Shown here: positions 38,187-49,750 of the stretch, piece after piece
Position numbering within the stretch: position 1 is the first letter of the stretch
Layout of the letters: each line of letters begins with the position of its first letter
Origin: Planctomycetota bacterium
GTDB taxonomy: Bacteria; Planctomycetota; UBA11346
Direction of reading: 5' to 3'
Assembly: GCA_038213805.1 (NCBI GenBank)
Contig: JBBQSO010000003.1
Span: 1-64,000 of the forward strand
Length of the DNA stretch: 64,000 nt
Notes under the pieces: generated by a model
What the model was told of the DNA's origin: nothing
The model's input: only the letters and a program-made list of their open reading frames with translations
Databases searched by the model: none
Position numbers and translations under genes: made by a program

Positions 38187-38459
38187 GCGTGGGAGCTCCC
38201 GGGGAAAGCGCACTCAATGCGGCCCGGTGGCGATGGCAAATTCAAAACGGCACGCAGCAGGGGCCATGTCGTCCACTGATCGCCGCGGCTGGTGCCGGTC
38301 TGGTCGCTCTCAGCCTGCCAATGCACTCGCTTTCGGCCGCTCGCGAGGCGATGAACACCTCGACCCCGGGCCCGATGCTGGTGTCCTGCTCGCGCTGCCG
38401 CTCGACCCCTCAATGCATCGACCGTGGCCCACAGGCCTTCACCAGGGCCGTTAAAGCAA

Positions 38460-38493
38460 GAACGCCGCGGCGCCACATGGCGCCGCGGCGTTC
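38460..38493 (-). terminator. Hairpin terminator after the DUF3015 gene
   Basis: GAACGCCGCGGCGCC-acat-GGCGCCGCGGCGTTC, followed on the minus strand by TTGCTTT. Confidence 0.7.
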
Positions 38494-38513
38494 ATTGCGA
38501 TGATCGCGAGGAC

Positions 38514-38996
38514 TCAGGTCGCCGGGGCGAACTTGTCCAGGTTCAGCAGCAGGTCCGCGTGGGTGACGTCGGCCGAGGTGAAGATCTCGGCGAAGTGCGC
38601 CTGCAGCATGGCCGCGAAGGCCGGGCGCTTGTCGGCGGGGATGTTCATGAGCTCGGCGAGGGAGTCGAGCGACTCGCCCGAACCGGCGGCGATCTCGCGC
38701 GCCAGGACGTCGAAGTTGTCGGCGGTGAAGCTGTTCACGCGCTCATTCTTCGCCCAGAAACCATTGTAGGCGCGGGCATTGAGGGTGCCCGAGGTGATGG
38801 CGAAGGTCTGATTGCCCGACGAGCCGTTGGTGGTCGCGGCGGAGATCTGCGAGATCAGGCCGTCGTGGCCGTCGAAGATCATGGTGCCGAGACCAATACC
38901 AACGTTGTCGCGGAGCGAGCCACCCATGGCGGCGGCGGCGTGCAGGGCGGGGCTGATAGCCACGAGGGCGACAGCGGAAAGCAGGAGCTTCTTCAT
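38514..38996 (-). CDS. DUF3015-family exported protein
   Basis: Signal peptide; GLG.MIF, ATTN...NQTFAITSGT, F...N.D.LA.EIA.G.GE.L..LA; usual neighbour of DUF4105. Confidence 0.8.
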   Translation of the reverse strand: MKKLLLSAVALVAISPALHAAAAMGGSLRDNVGIGLGTMIFDGHDGLISQISAATTNGSSGNQTFAITSGTLNARAYNGFWAKNERVNSFTADNFDVLAREIAAGSGESLDSLAELMNIPADKRPAFAAMLQAHFAEIFTSADVTHADLLLNLDKFAPAT

Positions 38997-39120
38997 GCGG
39001 GTTCCCTTAGCGGGGTTTGGTGGCCGGAATTAGCCGCGGTCACCATCCGCGACAGGCTCGTATGGTCAAGAAAAGAGTGAGCGGATGATGCAGATGAAGC
39101 AGCGGCTGCTTGATTCAGTT

Positions 39121-39288
39121 GCTGATGGCTGATGGCTGATGGCTGATGGCTGGCGGCTGGCGGCTGACCGCGACTGCGCAGCACGTATGCGTGATGCTGG
39201 GCGGACTGCCTCGTGATGACCGAGCCCAGCTCATATCAGGGTAGCAGCGGTTGTCAGCAGTCAGCAGTCAGCTATCAGCCATCAGCCT
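39121..39288. repeat. Inverted heptamer pair (GCTGATG)x~6 ... (TCAGCNR)x5
   Basis: Left arm 39121-39167; right arm 39254-39288, just past the ftsH stop. Confidence 0.85.
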
Positions 39289-39294
39289 CTCCAT

Positions 39295-41274
<1,980 letters not shown>

Positions 41275-41552
41275 AGGGGGCTTTCTTCGCTCGGGTCCGC
41301 AGATGCGGAACCGCTGGCGCTGCTGTCGCAGCATGGTCATAGGACCGGACGCTGGTCAATCTACACTTCTTTCAAGTCGCTTCGGCGCACCTTCGGCACT
41401 TTTGTCCGGGTGGGCGGCATCAGGCCGCCTCCCCCGGAAACGCGCCTGCGGCGCTGCCCCCTTGGAGAGGATGAGGAAACCGGAATGGCTGCTGGAGCTT
41501 CGTCCCCCGTACTCTGCCCGACAATCTGCGTGCGCCGGACGTTCAATGGGGG

Positions 41553-42932
41553 CTAGCGCTTGCGGTGGGGGCGCATGCGGGCGCTGGAGGCCGCGGAGCG
41601 CGGCGCTTTGGCCACCGCGGCTTTCTCGTCGTCGGCAGCTTCGGCATGGCCAACGAGGTCATCGGTGCCCATGCCGTCGAGGGTCGCGAAGGTGCGCTCC
41701 TCGTGGGCCTTCTCATCGGGGCGCAGCGGCGGGGCGGGCATGGCGCTGGAATCCGGATCGATGCCCAGGCCGAGGGCCAGGCGCACGGCGGCGATCTCGG
41801 CGTCGAGTCGGGACAGGCGCTGGCGCTGGGTGCGCCAGCGCTCGCGCTCGGCGTGGTTGAGGTCATCGGCGTGGATGGTCACCTGGCCGCCACGCATCAG
41901 GGTCGAGAGCGCGGTCTCGGGGAGGCCCAGGCCGCCACCGGAGCGCAGCGCGAGGCGGCCGGCCTCGACCAGCAGGTCGACGCGCGTGCGCTCGAGGGCT
42001 TTGAGGCGCAGCTCGCGCTCGTCGCGCCGGCCGAAGACCTTGCCGACCTTGCGCAGCAGCCCGCTGCGGGCGGGAGCGGGCTCGACCGCGGTCAGACGCG
42101 AGGCGCTGATGCGCCGGCTGTGCCGAGCGCCCTCGCCTTCGCGCGGCGGAGCGGGCGGATCCGCGGCCGGCGTGGCGGCGGGCGCCGGCGTGCCGGCGCC
42201 CGCCGGTGGGACCACCTCATCGGTGGCGACCGGCGCCTGGGTCTCGGCGGTATCGGTGGCGCGGGCGGCGTCGATCAGCACGCCGACGGTCGATTCGTTG
42301 GCGAGGAGCGCATGGTCGGTGGAGGCCACGCCCAGGGTCGGGGCCGGGTCCCCGGGTCCGCGCGGCAAATGCGAGGGCTTGACGCCCTTGGCCAGGCAGC
42401 GGCCGCAAATGTGGCGCGCACCGTCGCTCCAGCCGGGACCACGATCGCGATCGGGATCGCCCAGCCTGCCGTCGCAGACGGCGCACACCGCCGGCATCGG
42501 CGTGGCGTGCACCACCAGCTGGGTGTCGGTGATGTCGTGGGAGTCGTCGCGCGCACGCCGCACATCAGGAGCGATGCCCAGCGTGGCGAGGGGCTCCGGC
42601 ACACTGGTGAGGATGGGCGCTGCGATCGGCGTGGCCTTGATCGGCGTCAGGGCGGAAGCGAGTTCAACGCGGAACACGTCCTTACCGATCGCCACCTGAT
42701 CGCCGTCGGCGAGTTCGGCGGAGCGCATCTCCTTGCCGTTGATCAGGCACACCATGCGCGAGCGGTTGTCGAGCCGGTAGGCACTGCCGCTCCAGGCGAT
42801 GCTGACCTGCCCGGCGTCCTGACGCGAGGTGCGGGTCTGGATGGTGAGCGGCTTGTCCGCGGCGATGCGCACCCGGCGCCCGGCGGCGGCGCCGGCCAGT
42901 CCGGCCAGATTCATCGGCAGCGGCGTGGTCAT
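41553..42932 (-). CDS. Degenerate FHA-like domain + CxxC..CxxC motif + coiled-coil protein
   Basis: ING.....AEL.DGD.V.IG...FRV (FHA-like), CAVC...CGRC, C-terminal helical region. Confidence 0.6.
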   Translation of the reverse strand: MTTPLPMNLAGLAGAAAGRRVRIAADKPLTIQTRTSRQDAGQVSIAWSGSAYRLDNRSRMVCLINGKEMRSAELADGDQVAIGKDVFRVELASALTPIKATPIAAPILTSVPEPLATLGIAPDVRRARDDSHDITDTQLVVHATPMPAVCAVCDGRLGDPDRDRGPGWSDGARHICGRCLAKGVKPSHLPRGPGDPAPTLGVASTDHALLANESTVGVLIDAARATDTAETQAPVATDEVVPPAGAGTPAPAATPAADPPAPPREGEGARHSRRISASRLTAVEPAPARSGLLRKVGKVFGRRDERELRLKALERTRVDLLVEAGRLALRSGGGLGLPETALSTLMRGGQVTIHADDLNHAERERWRTQRQRLSRLDAEIAAVRLALGLGIDPDSSAMPAPPLRPDEKAHEERTFATLDGMGTDDLVGHAEAADDEKAAVAKAPRSAASSARMRPHRKR

Positions 42933-43163
42933 CATGCGAGCCTAACCCCACGAGGACCATGGGCCAGTGAATCCACCTGCCAACCTGTTTGCACGTCGCA
43001 CGGGTTCGGCGTGCATATTTTCCAGGGTCTGGGAGTCAACTGCGTGCTGAGACAGGAAGTTCCGATCCCTTCGCGAGGCCGTCCGCGCGCCGCGCCCCGG
43101 CAAGCGCCGGATGCCGGCAACCGGGCGCTGGCGGCTTGTGGCGGCGGCGCGATGGCCGAGCGT

Positions 43164-44129
43164 TCAGAGCGCCACCTGAGCGCCAGCGATGATGCGCGGG
43201 ACCTCCGCCATCAAGCTTTGGAAACCTGCCGCATCGAGACCAGCGGCCTGGATCAACACGCCGTCCATGCGTTTATCGAAGGGATGGTTCTTGAGCACAC
43301 CGACGCCAGCGGCGTAGATCAGGCGTTCGGCCAGGCGCACCGCGGCGAGTTGCTTGAGCTCGGGCGCCTCGGCGCTGGTCGGGATGCGGTGGTGGCAGGA
43401 CACCACCTGGCGCAGCCGCGCCGGCAGCAGCCAGCGGTCGGCGATGCGTTCGCCGACCCAGGAATGGTCGAAGCCGAGGGTCTTGCGCTCGCGCGTGAGG
43501 ATGTCGATCGGCTCCTCGCCGCTCTCGCGGCGCAGGGCGACGCCGTGCTTGGCCAGCAGCGGCCCGAGCACCAGCATGCCGACGTCGCGCATCAGTCCGG
43601 CCAGGAAGTACTCCTCGGCCTCGTCGCGCGAGACCCCGGTGCGCTGGGCGACCACCCGCGCGAGGCCGGCGGTGGCGATGCTGTTCTTCCACAGGCCCTG
43701 GTCGTCGAAGCCGTAGGCGCTGAGATCGAGGACCAGCAGGTTGGAGACTGAGGCGGCCATGACCAGGCTCTTGAGACTGGCGAAGCCGATGATCGAGACC
43801 GCCTGGGCGATCGAGGCGACCGGGTTGGCGAGACTGTAGAACGGGCTGTTGACCAGGCGCATCAAGCGCCCGGCAATCACCATGTCCTGCCCGATCAGAC
43901 TCTCGAGATCAGCCGCCGAGCTCTGCTGGCTGCCGACCTGGGCGAGGATGCGCGTGACCACGGTGGGCAGCGAGGGCAGGCGGTCGATGGCAGCAAAGAT
44001 GTCGGCCTCGCCGAGGCGGATCACCGACTGGCCGCGGGACCGGTAGGACAACCCGGAGTCGTCCTCCTCCTCGGCGGTTTTCGCCGTCCCGGGCTTGAAG
44101 CGCTTGCCGGCAAAGAGGTCGTCAGGCAT
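43164..44129 (-). CDS. HDOD-domain protein
   Basis: LPSLP.V, I.QD...A.RL.RLVNS.FY, AV..IG, FLAGL.RDVG, DHS..G..IA..W.LP, HH. Confidence 0.9.
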   Translation of the reverse strand: MPDDLFAGKRFKPGTAKTAEEEDDSGLSYRSRGQSVIRLGEADIFAAIDRLPSLPTVVTRILAQVGSQQSSAADLESLIGQDMVIAGRLMRLVNSPFYSLANPVASIAQAVSIIGFASLKSLVMAASVSNLLVLDLSAYGFDDQGLWKNSIATAGLARVVAQRTGVSRDEAEEYFLAGLMRDVGMLVLGPLLAKHGVALRRESGEEPIDILTRERKTLGFDHSWVGERIADRWLLPARLRQVVSCHHRIPTSAEAPELKQLAAVRLAERLIYAAGVGVLKNHPFDKRMDGVLIQAAGLDAAGFQSLMAEVPRIIAGAQVAL

Positions 44130-44507
44130 CGGGCGGTCCTCCCTCGGGCCGCAGCCCGGACCAGAGCATACCATGGGAAAGCGGGCGGGGTGACGGGGAA
44201 GGAGAGTGAGGAGGACGGGAAAAGGGCCAGGCGGCATATCCCCGAGCGTCATTGCGCCCACGGGGGCTTTCATGCCTGTCGATCCGAGCGTGGGCCAGGC
44301 ACATCCCTGGGCGGATCCCCGCTGATGGCCCCCATCTTCCCCACCCCCTCCGTGGCTTGCCCTGCTGCCCTCCCACTGCCTGCATCATTGCTTCACCGCC
44401 ACACTGGACTTGCCGCCAGCAGACGGTTAATGCGGCTTCAACGCCCACCATGCGACGCCATCAGCCATGACCCACGACCACTGGAAGCCCCTGCCCGGTG
44501 GGATCGG

Positions 44508-45113
44508 ATGAGCCTGCGTGCCCCCGACGAGGGCGACCAGCGCGCCGAGCGCCTGTCCCGCGCCCTGGTCGCCCTGCGCCACGCCCAGGAGGCCTGGCTG
44601 GACGACCTGCGCCAGGTCTGCCTGGGCGATCCGGCGGTGGTCGCGGCCTTCCGCCGTTGGGAGGAGCGCCTGACCCTGATCAAGCTGCACGTCCACCGCT
44701 GCGAGGCGCGGCTGCTGCACTGGCTGCTGATCCCCGGGCGCGTCCGCGGCGAGGCCCCTGCGGCACCAGGGCTGCCGGAGCGCCGCGTCCTGGCGCGCGA
44801 TTGGCGTGAGCGCCTCGAACAGTGGTTCAGCGCGCAGCGCATCGATCCCGCCTACCGCCGCATCGAAGACGTGCTCGACCACGACCAGGAGGCGGTGACC
44901 GCGGACATCGTCACCGACCTCGCCCAGCTTGCTGAACTCGCCACCCTGGCGGTCGCCGCGCTCGCAGGGGTCGGCGACGACAGCGACCAGGACGCGCTCG
45001 AGGACCTCGCCTTCTACCGGGTCATCGGCCCATGGCGGAGCCAGGGTCAGCCAGCCCTGCACGACGTGCTGCGCTGGTTGGCCGAGCACCTGCGCGACCA
45101 GGAGGACTGGTGA
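44508..45113 (+). CDS. Hypothetical protein (C-terminus loosely DUF5063-like)
   Basis: Host-like codon usage; stop overlaps the next GTG (GTGA). Family call is tentative. Confidence 0.55.
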   Translation: MSLRAPDEGDQRAERLSRALVALRHAQEAWLDDLRQVCLGDPAVVAAFRRWEERLTLIKLHVHRCEARLLHWLLIPGRVRGEAPAAPGLPERRVLARDWRERLEQWFSAQRIDPAYRRIEDVLDHDQEAVTADIVTDLAQLAELATLAVAALAGVGDDSDQDALEDLAFYRVIGPWRSQGQPALHDVLRWLAEHLRDQEDW

Positions 45114-47281
45114 GCGGCGCGCGCCGCCACCGCTGCACGGTCTGCGCGCTGCTGATCCTGCCCACCTGGACGGGAGTGGTCGCGGCGGCGGAAGGCGGCG
45201 GTGGACGACCCGCGCCGCAGCCCGGCATCGACGACATCAACGCGGTCGACAGCTTCGGCTACGCGGACAGCGCGCTGCGCCGCCGCCAGGACCTCAAGAC
45301 CACGCCGCAGGCGGTCGAGGTGCTGACCAGCGACGACCTCGTCAACACCCCCGCCCTCGGCCTGCCTGACCGCCTGCGCTACGTGCCGGGGGTCGATGTC
45401 TACGAACTGCGCGCCGGACAGTACGAGATCGGCATCCACGGCTACAACAGCATCAACAACAACCGCGTCCAGGTACTCTACGACGGCAGCGATTTCTCGC
45501 TCGCGGAATTCGGCTCGGTGCCGTGGATCGGCACGTACAACCAGAGCGACCTCGCGCGCGTCGAGGTGCTCAAGGGGCCGTCGTCGGTGACCTACGGCGC
45601 CAACGCCTTCGGCGGTGTGATCGCGCTCAGCGGCCGTCAGCCCGGCGACCGCCAGCAGGTGTTCAGCAGCGCCAGCTACGGCAGCGACGCGCTGGTCGAC
45701 GTCGACGCCACCGCACTCGGCCCGGTCGGCGATGATTTCTTCTACAAGATCGGCATCGGCGGCAGCCATCGCGGCGACATCCCCGGCACGGTCGGCGAGA
45801 CCCCCTACCAGGCCAGCGCGCGCACCAGCGAGACCGGGCGCACCGACCTGGGCAGCCTGCGCTGGAACGCGCTGATCGGCGTGCGGCTGCCGGCGGAGAA
45901 CCGCATCGAGGTCGACTATCACGGTCTCGATCTCTACAAATGGGAGTTCCTGCACGATCTCGACATCGGCTCCGATGACGCGCAGGTGCGTTCACACGAC
46001 CTGGTCGTGCGCCTCGCCGGACCGTGGGGCGAGGTCAGCCAGCGCCATGTGCAGTCGAGCAACCTGGACAGCAACCAGAAGGCCGTCTACATCCCGGCCG
46101 AGGACTTCAAATACGCGCAGGTCGGCTTCCGCGACCAGACCGACGAGACGCGCGCGCGGCTGCACCTGCCGCTCGGCGCGCACTGGCTGGCGGTGGGCGG
46201 GGAATGGCGTTCCTGGCGCTCGCGCTCGAACCTGTGGGATGCGGCCGGGGTGTTCGCCGACCAGGGCACGTGGGCAGTCGCCAAGATGCGCAACCTCGCC
46301 TTCTTCGGCGAGGACCAGTGGACCATCGACCCGCACTGGACCGCCACCGCCGGGCTGCGCCTCGACGACAACAGCCAGGCCGGGGCCAACTGGTCGCCGC
46401 GCCTGGGCCTGAACTGGACGCCGGACCGCGACCAGTTCTGGCGCCTCAACTACTCGCGTGGCTACCGCCTGCCGACGCCCATCGAGGCCTTCCTGCGCCA
46501 GTACTATTTCCAGTCGGACCAGCACCTCGACGCCGAGTCCATCCAGGAGGTCGATCTGGGCTGGCAGGGCCGCTTCGACCAGACCACGCGCCTGGGCTTC
46601 GACCTGTTCTACAGCCGCAGCAACGACGAGATCCGCACCGTGCCGCTGCCCAGCGCGGTGATGGCCGCAAACTTCAATCCGACCGCGCCGGGGCCATTCT
46701 TCTCGTTCAGCAACCTCGACAACCCGGTGCACGTGCTCGGCCTCGAGGTGAGCGGCGAGCAGGCCGTCGCCGGCACGCCGCTGACGGTGTTCGCCAACGG
46801 CACCTGGCAGCTCGCGCGCCACGAGCACGATGTGGTCTACCAGAGCGACGGCTTCACCTCGCCGATCGGCACGCTATTCCGCTTCGACCGCAACCTCGGC
46901 CGGACCGCCGACGCGCCGCCGATGTGGAAGGCCAACCTGGGCGCGCGCTGCGAGCAGGGCCACTGGTTCGCGAGCATAGCCGGACGCTACGTCGGCGCCC
47001 ACGAGGTGTTCAGCTTCGCCAACAGCTATTTCGACCTCGGCTCGCCGATCGAGCTGCAGACCCTGCCCGCCTACGTCGCCTGCGATCTGGCGGTCGGCTG
47101 GTCCTTCGCGCCGAACGACCGCTACGGCCGCTTCGTGCGCCTGAACGCCTTCGATCTCTTCGACAGCGGCCACTACGAGTGGTTCCGCTCGAAGGAGTCG
47201 ACCCTGCTCGACACCCATGAGCACCAGTCGACCAGCGCGATCGGGCGGGTGGTCAGCGTACAGGTGGGTTGGCTGTTCTAG
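45110..47281 (+). CDS. TonB-dependent receptor
   Basis: Plug motifs TPQAVEVLT, LRYVPGV, RVEVLKGPSSVTYGANAFGGVI; T.GLR.D, SPRLG; C-terminal WLF. Confidence 0.9.
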   Translation: MSGARRHRCTVCALLILPTWTGVVAAAEGGGGRPAPQPGIDDINAVDSFGYADSALRRRQDLKTTPQAVEVLTSDDLVNTPALGLPDRLRYVPGVDVYELRAGQYEIGIHGYNSINNNRVQVLYDGSDFSLAEFGSVPWIGTYNQSDLARVEVLKGPSSVTYGANAFGGVIALSGRQPGDRQQVFSSASYGSDALVDVDATALGPVGDDFFYKIGIGGSHRGDIPGTVGETPYQASARTSETGRTDLGSLRWNALIGVRLPAENRIEVDYHGLDLYKWEFLHDLDIGSDDAQVRSHDLVVRLAGPWGEVSQRHVQSSNLDSNQKAVYIPAEDFKYAQVGFRDQTDETRARLHLPLGAHWLAVGGEWRSWRSRSNLWDAAGVFADQGTWAVAKMRNLAFFGEDQWTIDPHWTATAGLRLDDNSQAGANWSPRLGLNWTPDRDQFWRLNYSRGYRLPTPIEAFLRQYYFQSDQHLDAESIQEVDLGWQGRFDQTTRLGFDLFYSRSNDEIRTVPLPSAVMAANFNPTAPGPFFSFSNLDNPVHVLGLEVSGEQAVAGTPLTVFANGTWQLARHEHDVVYQSDGFTSPIGTLFRFDRNLGRTADAPPMWKANLGARCEQGHWFASIAGRYVGAHEVFSFANSYFDLGSPIELQTLPAYVACDLAVGWSFAPNDRYGRFVRLNAFDLFDSGHYEWFRSKESTLLDTHEHQSTSAIGRVVSVQVGWLF

Positions 47282-47367
47282 CGCCGGTCGGGCGGAGTGA
47301 TCGCCGCAGGACCACGCTTCACGCGCGTCAGGTGCGTGAGATCGACCGCCCAAGGGACTATCTGTGT

Positions 47368-47398
47368 CCAAGAGCGTGCGCATCCAGCACGCTTTTGG
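47368..47398 (+). terminator. Hairpin between the TBDR gene and the prepilin cassette (terminator or operator)
   Basis: CCAAGAGCGTGC-N7-GCACGCTTTTGG. Confidence 0.45.
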
Positions 47399-47414
47399 TG
47401 TCATGCGACAGCGC

Positions 47415-47429
47415 TGGCACGGGTGCTGC
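47415..47429 (+). promoter_or_regulatory. sigma54 promoter of the prepilin cassette
   Basis: TGGCACGGGTGCTGC (TGGCACG-N4-NTGC). Confidence 0.65.
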
Positions 47430-47576
47430 GCAAATGGCCTGTCCAGGGATGACGGCGAGTAGCGTCTATAGCAGGTTCCGGAGCGTGGAACCGTTTCCAT
47501 TCAGGGAATTCCTGTAACTCGACCTGCTTCCCGGCGTTCCCGTCCGTTCACTGCGCCAAGCCCACCCTGCAGAGCC

Positions 47577-49739
47577 ATGACCCACCCACGCCACATCGCC
47601 GCCTTCACCCTCTTCGAGGTCGCACTCTCGCTGGGTCTGGTCGCCTTCGGCGTGGTCAGCGTGCTCATGCTGCTGCCGGCCGGGCTCAAGGCCCAGCAGC
47701 TGTCGCGCTTCCAGATCCTCGCCGCGGCCAAAGCCGAGGAGATGGTCGAGGCCTTCGTCGCCGCGCCGAACGGCAATCCCGCCCTCGATACCGAGGGCAT
47801 GACGCTGTACGACGTCGCGCTCGCGCACCGCGCCGAGACCTGGGACCTGGAATCGCGCCTCTCCAGCCACCGCTTCGGTCTGATGCCGCTGCCCGTCGAA
47901 CTCGCGCGCCGCCTGGACTCGGACGGCGATGAGATCAAGGACATCCTCGACCAGGGTGGCTACGTCTACTACTCGCAGCCGCTCGCCAGCACCAACACCG
48001 AGGAGCAGGGCCAAGCCGTCGCGCCGCCGAACGAGGCACAACGCCTGATCATCGGCATCTCCGGCTTCGCGCAGCAGAACTGCATGCACAGCCTGCAGCT
48101 CAAGAACTGGCCCTACCACACGCCGATGCCGTCGCCGCCGCTGCACACCTTCCACATGGCCGACCTGTGGCTGCCGCAACGCGACTACACCCAGAGCAGC
48201 TACTGGAACTACAACGTGTGGCCGTGGCCGGACTACGAGTACCAGTCGGGGCCGGACTGGCGCAACAAGGTCGAGTGCTGGTGCATGCCGTGGGAGACCG
48301 CGCCCGGCAACGGCGACCCGGACATCCAGAAGGTCTATGACTGGCCCGACGAGAACAACGTCCACTGCGGCTACTTCCCCTACGCCTGCGGCCGTCTCTG
48401 GGACTGGCCCAGCGGGGACCATGTGTTCAACGCCACCCAGCTGGTTCCGCCGTCGCAGCCCGGGCAGCCCGTGAGCGCGGCTGCGCTGCTCGGTGACTAC
48501 CCATCGCGGCCGGGGGTGCTGCGCTACGTCGCGGCGACCCTGTGGTACGCGCAGCGCAAGGGCTTCGGGCCCAGCGCGCTGGCCACGGTCGACGACCCGC
48601 ACCGCCCGTTCACCAGCGCGGATGAGCGTGAGCGTTGGAAGGAGGTGCAGGCCTTCCGTTTCCTCGCCCACGCCGCGACCTGCCTGACCTCGTGGTACTC
48701 GTTCAGTGCGCCCAGTGAGGACGACGACCTGCAGCGCGGCGTGCGCATCCCGGTGGTCAATCTCGCTGGCCTGCCCAGCCCCAGCGACATGCGCATCACC
48801 CACCAGCTCATCACCTACTACCACGAGCGCGCCACCTGGCTGGTCAACCAGTTCGCTTCCAGCTATCCGTACGATTGGGCGGTGCCTAGGCCGCTGAACC
48901 GCGTGACCATGATGGACTACCCACTGCTGCAGTCCGACATCTTCACGCCGCCGCTGCCCGAGGGCCTGCCGGCGAACCCGCTGTACGGTGCGGACTGGAA
49001 CCGCTTCATCGGCCGTCCGGTCGACGACCACCCGCATAATTGGCGCGTGCTGAGCCCGGAACCCGTCCGCAACGTCGGCGTGAGCCAGACCTACCCCGCC
49101 AGCCCCATCAACCCGACCATGCGCGACAACGGGTACGAGCCCACCTCGCAGTTCGGTGACATCAGCCATTTCAATCTGACCGAACCGTTCGAAGCAGCCG
49201 AGCGCTGCCGCCAGATCGTGATGTGGGTGGTCGACTGGCAGTCGTACGAGGACTTCGAGACCCTGCCCAGCGCGCCGGTCGACGCGAGCAAGTACCCCAT
49301 CGCCGGCCCGCGTAGCGGTTGGCACGAGAACAACGACAAGCCGGTGACCTCGATCGTGCACTCCTTCGACGCGCGCATGGTCGATCTTGAGTTCCGCGAC
49401 GAGCAGATGTGGACCTACCGAAATCCCGAGAAGACCATCATGTTCTGGACCGGCAATCCCAGCGGGACGGTTGTCGATCCGCGCACCCTGCCGACGGGAA
49501 CCGACGTCACCCCGTACATGGTGCTGAACGACAACGGCACCGGCGACTGGACCAACGAGTACCCGGACAAGGGGCCGAGTCTGGAGGCGCGTAAGGTCTT
49601 CAACGGCCTGTACGGGGCCGACCGCAACTTCAATCGCAAGCTCGACCGCGGCCCGGTGCCGAAGTCGGTGCGCATGCGCGCCACCACCATCACCCGCCTG
49701 AACTTCTACGACCCCCGCGTGCAGGCGATCCTGCGCTAG
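47577..49739 (+). CDS. Very large (720 aa) type IV prepilin-like protein, PilV/GspI-like N-terminus
   Basis: MTHPRHIAA|FTLFEVALSLGLVAFGVVSVLMLLPAGL class III signal with Glu5. Confidence 0.85.
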   Translation: MTHPRHIAAFTLFEVALSLGLVAFGVVSVLMLLPAGLKAQQLSRFQILAAAKAEEMVEAFVAAPNGNPALDTEGMTLYDVALAHRAETWDLESRLSSHRFGLMPLPVELARRLDSDGDEIKDILDQGGYVYYSQPLASTNTEEQGQAVAPPNEAQRLIIGISGFAQQNCMHSLQLKNWPYHTPMPSPPLHTFHMADLWLPQRDYTQSSYWNYNVWPWPDYEYQSGPDWRNKVECWCMPWETAPGNGDPDIQKVYDWPDENNVHCGYFPYACGRLWDWPSGDHVFNATQLVPPSQPGQPVSAAALLGDYPSRPGVLRYVAATLWYAQRKGFGPSALATVDDPHRPFTSADERERWKEVQAFRFLAHAATCLTSWYSFSAPSEDDDLQRGVRIPVVNLAGLPSPSDMRITHQLITYYHERATWLVNQFASSYPYDWAVPRPLNRVTMMDYPLLQSDIFTPPLPEGLPANPLYGADWNRFIGRPVDDHPHNWRVLSPEPVRNVGVSQTYPASPINPTMRDNGYEPTSQFGDISHFNLTEPFEAAERCRQIVMWVVDWQSYEDFETLPSAPVDASKYPIAGPRSGWHENNDKPVTSIVHSFDARMVDLEFRDEQMWTYRNPEKTIMFWTGNPSGTVVDPRTLPTGTDVTPYMVLNDNGTGDWTNEYPDKGPSLEARKVFNGLYGADRNFNRKLDRGPVPKSVRMRATTITRLNFYDPRVQAILR

Positions 49740-49750
49740 AAGGCGATACC

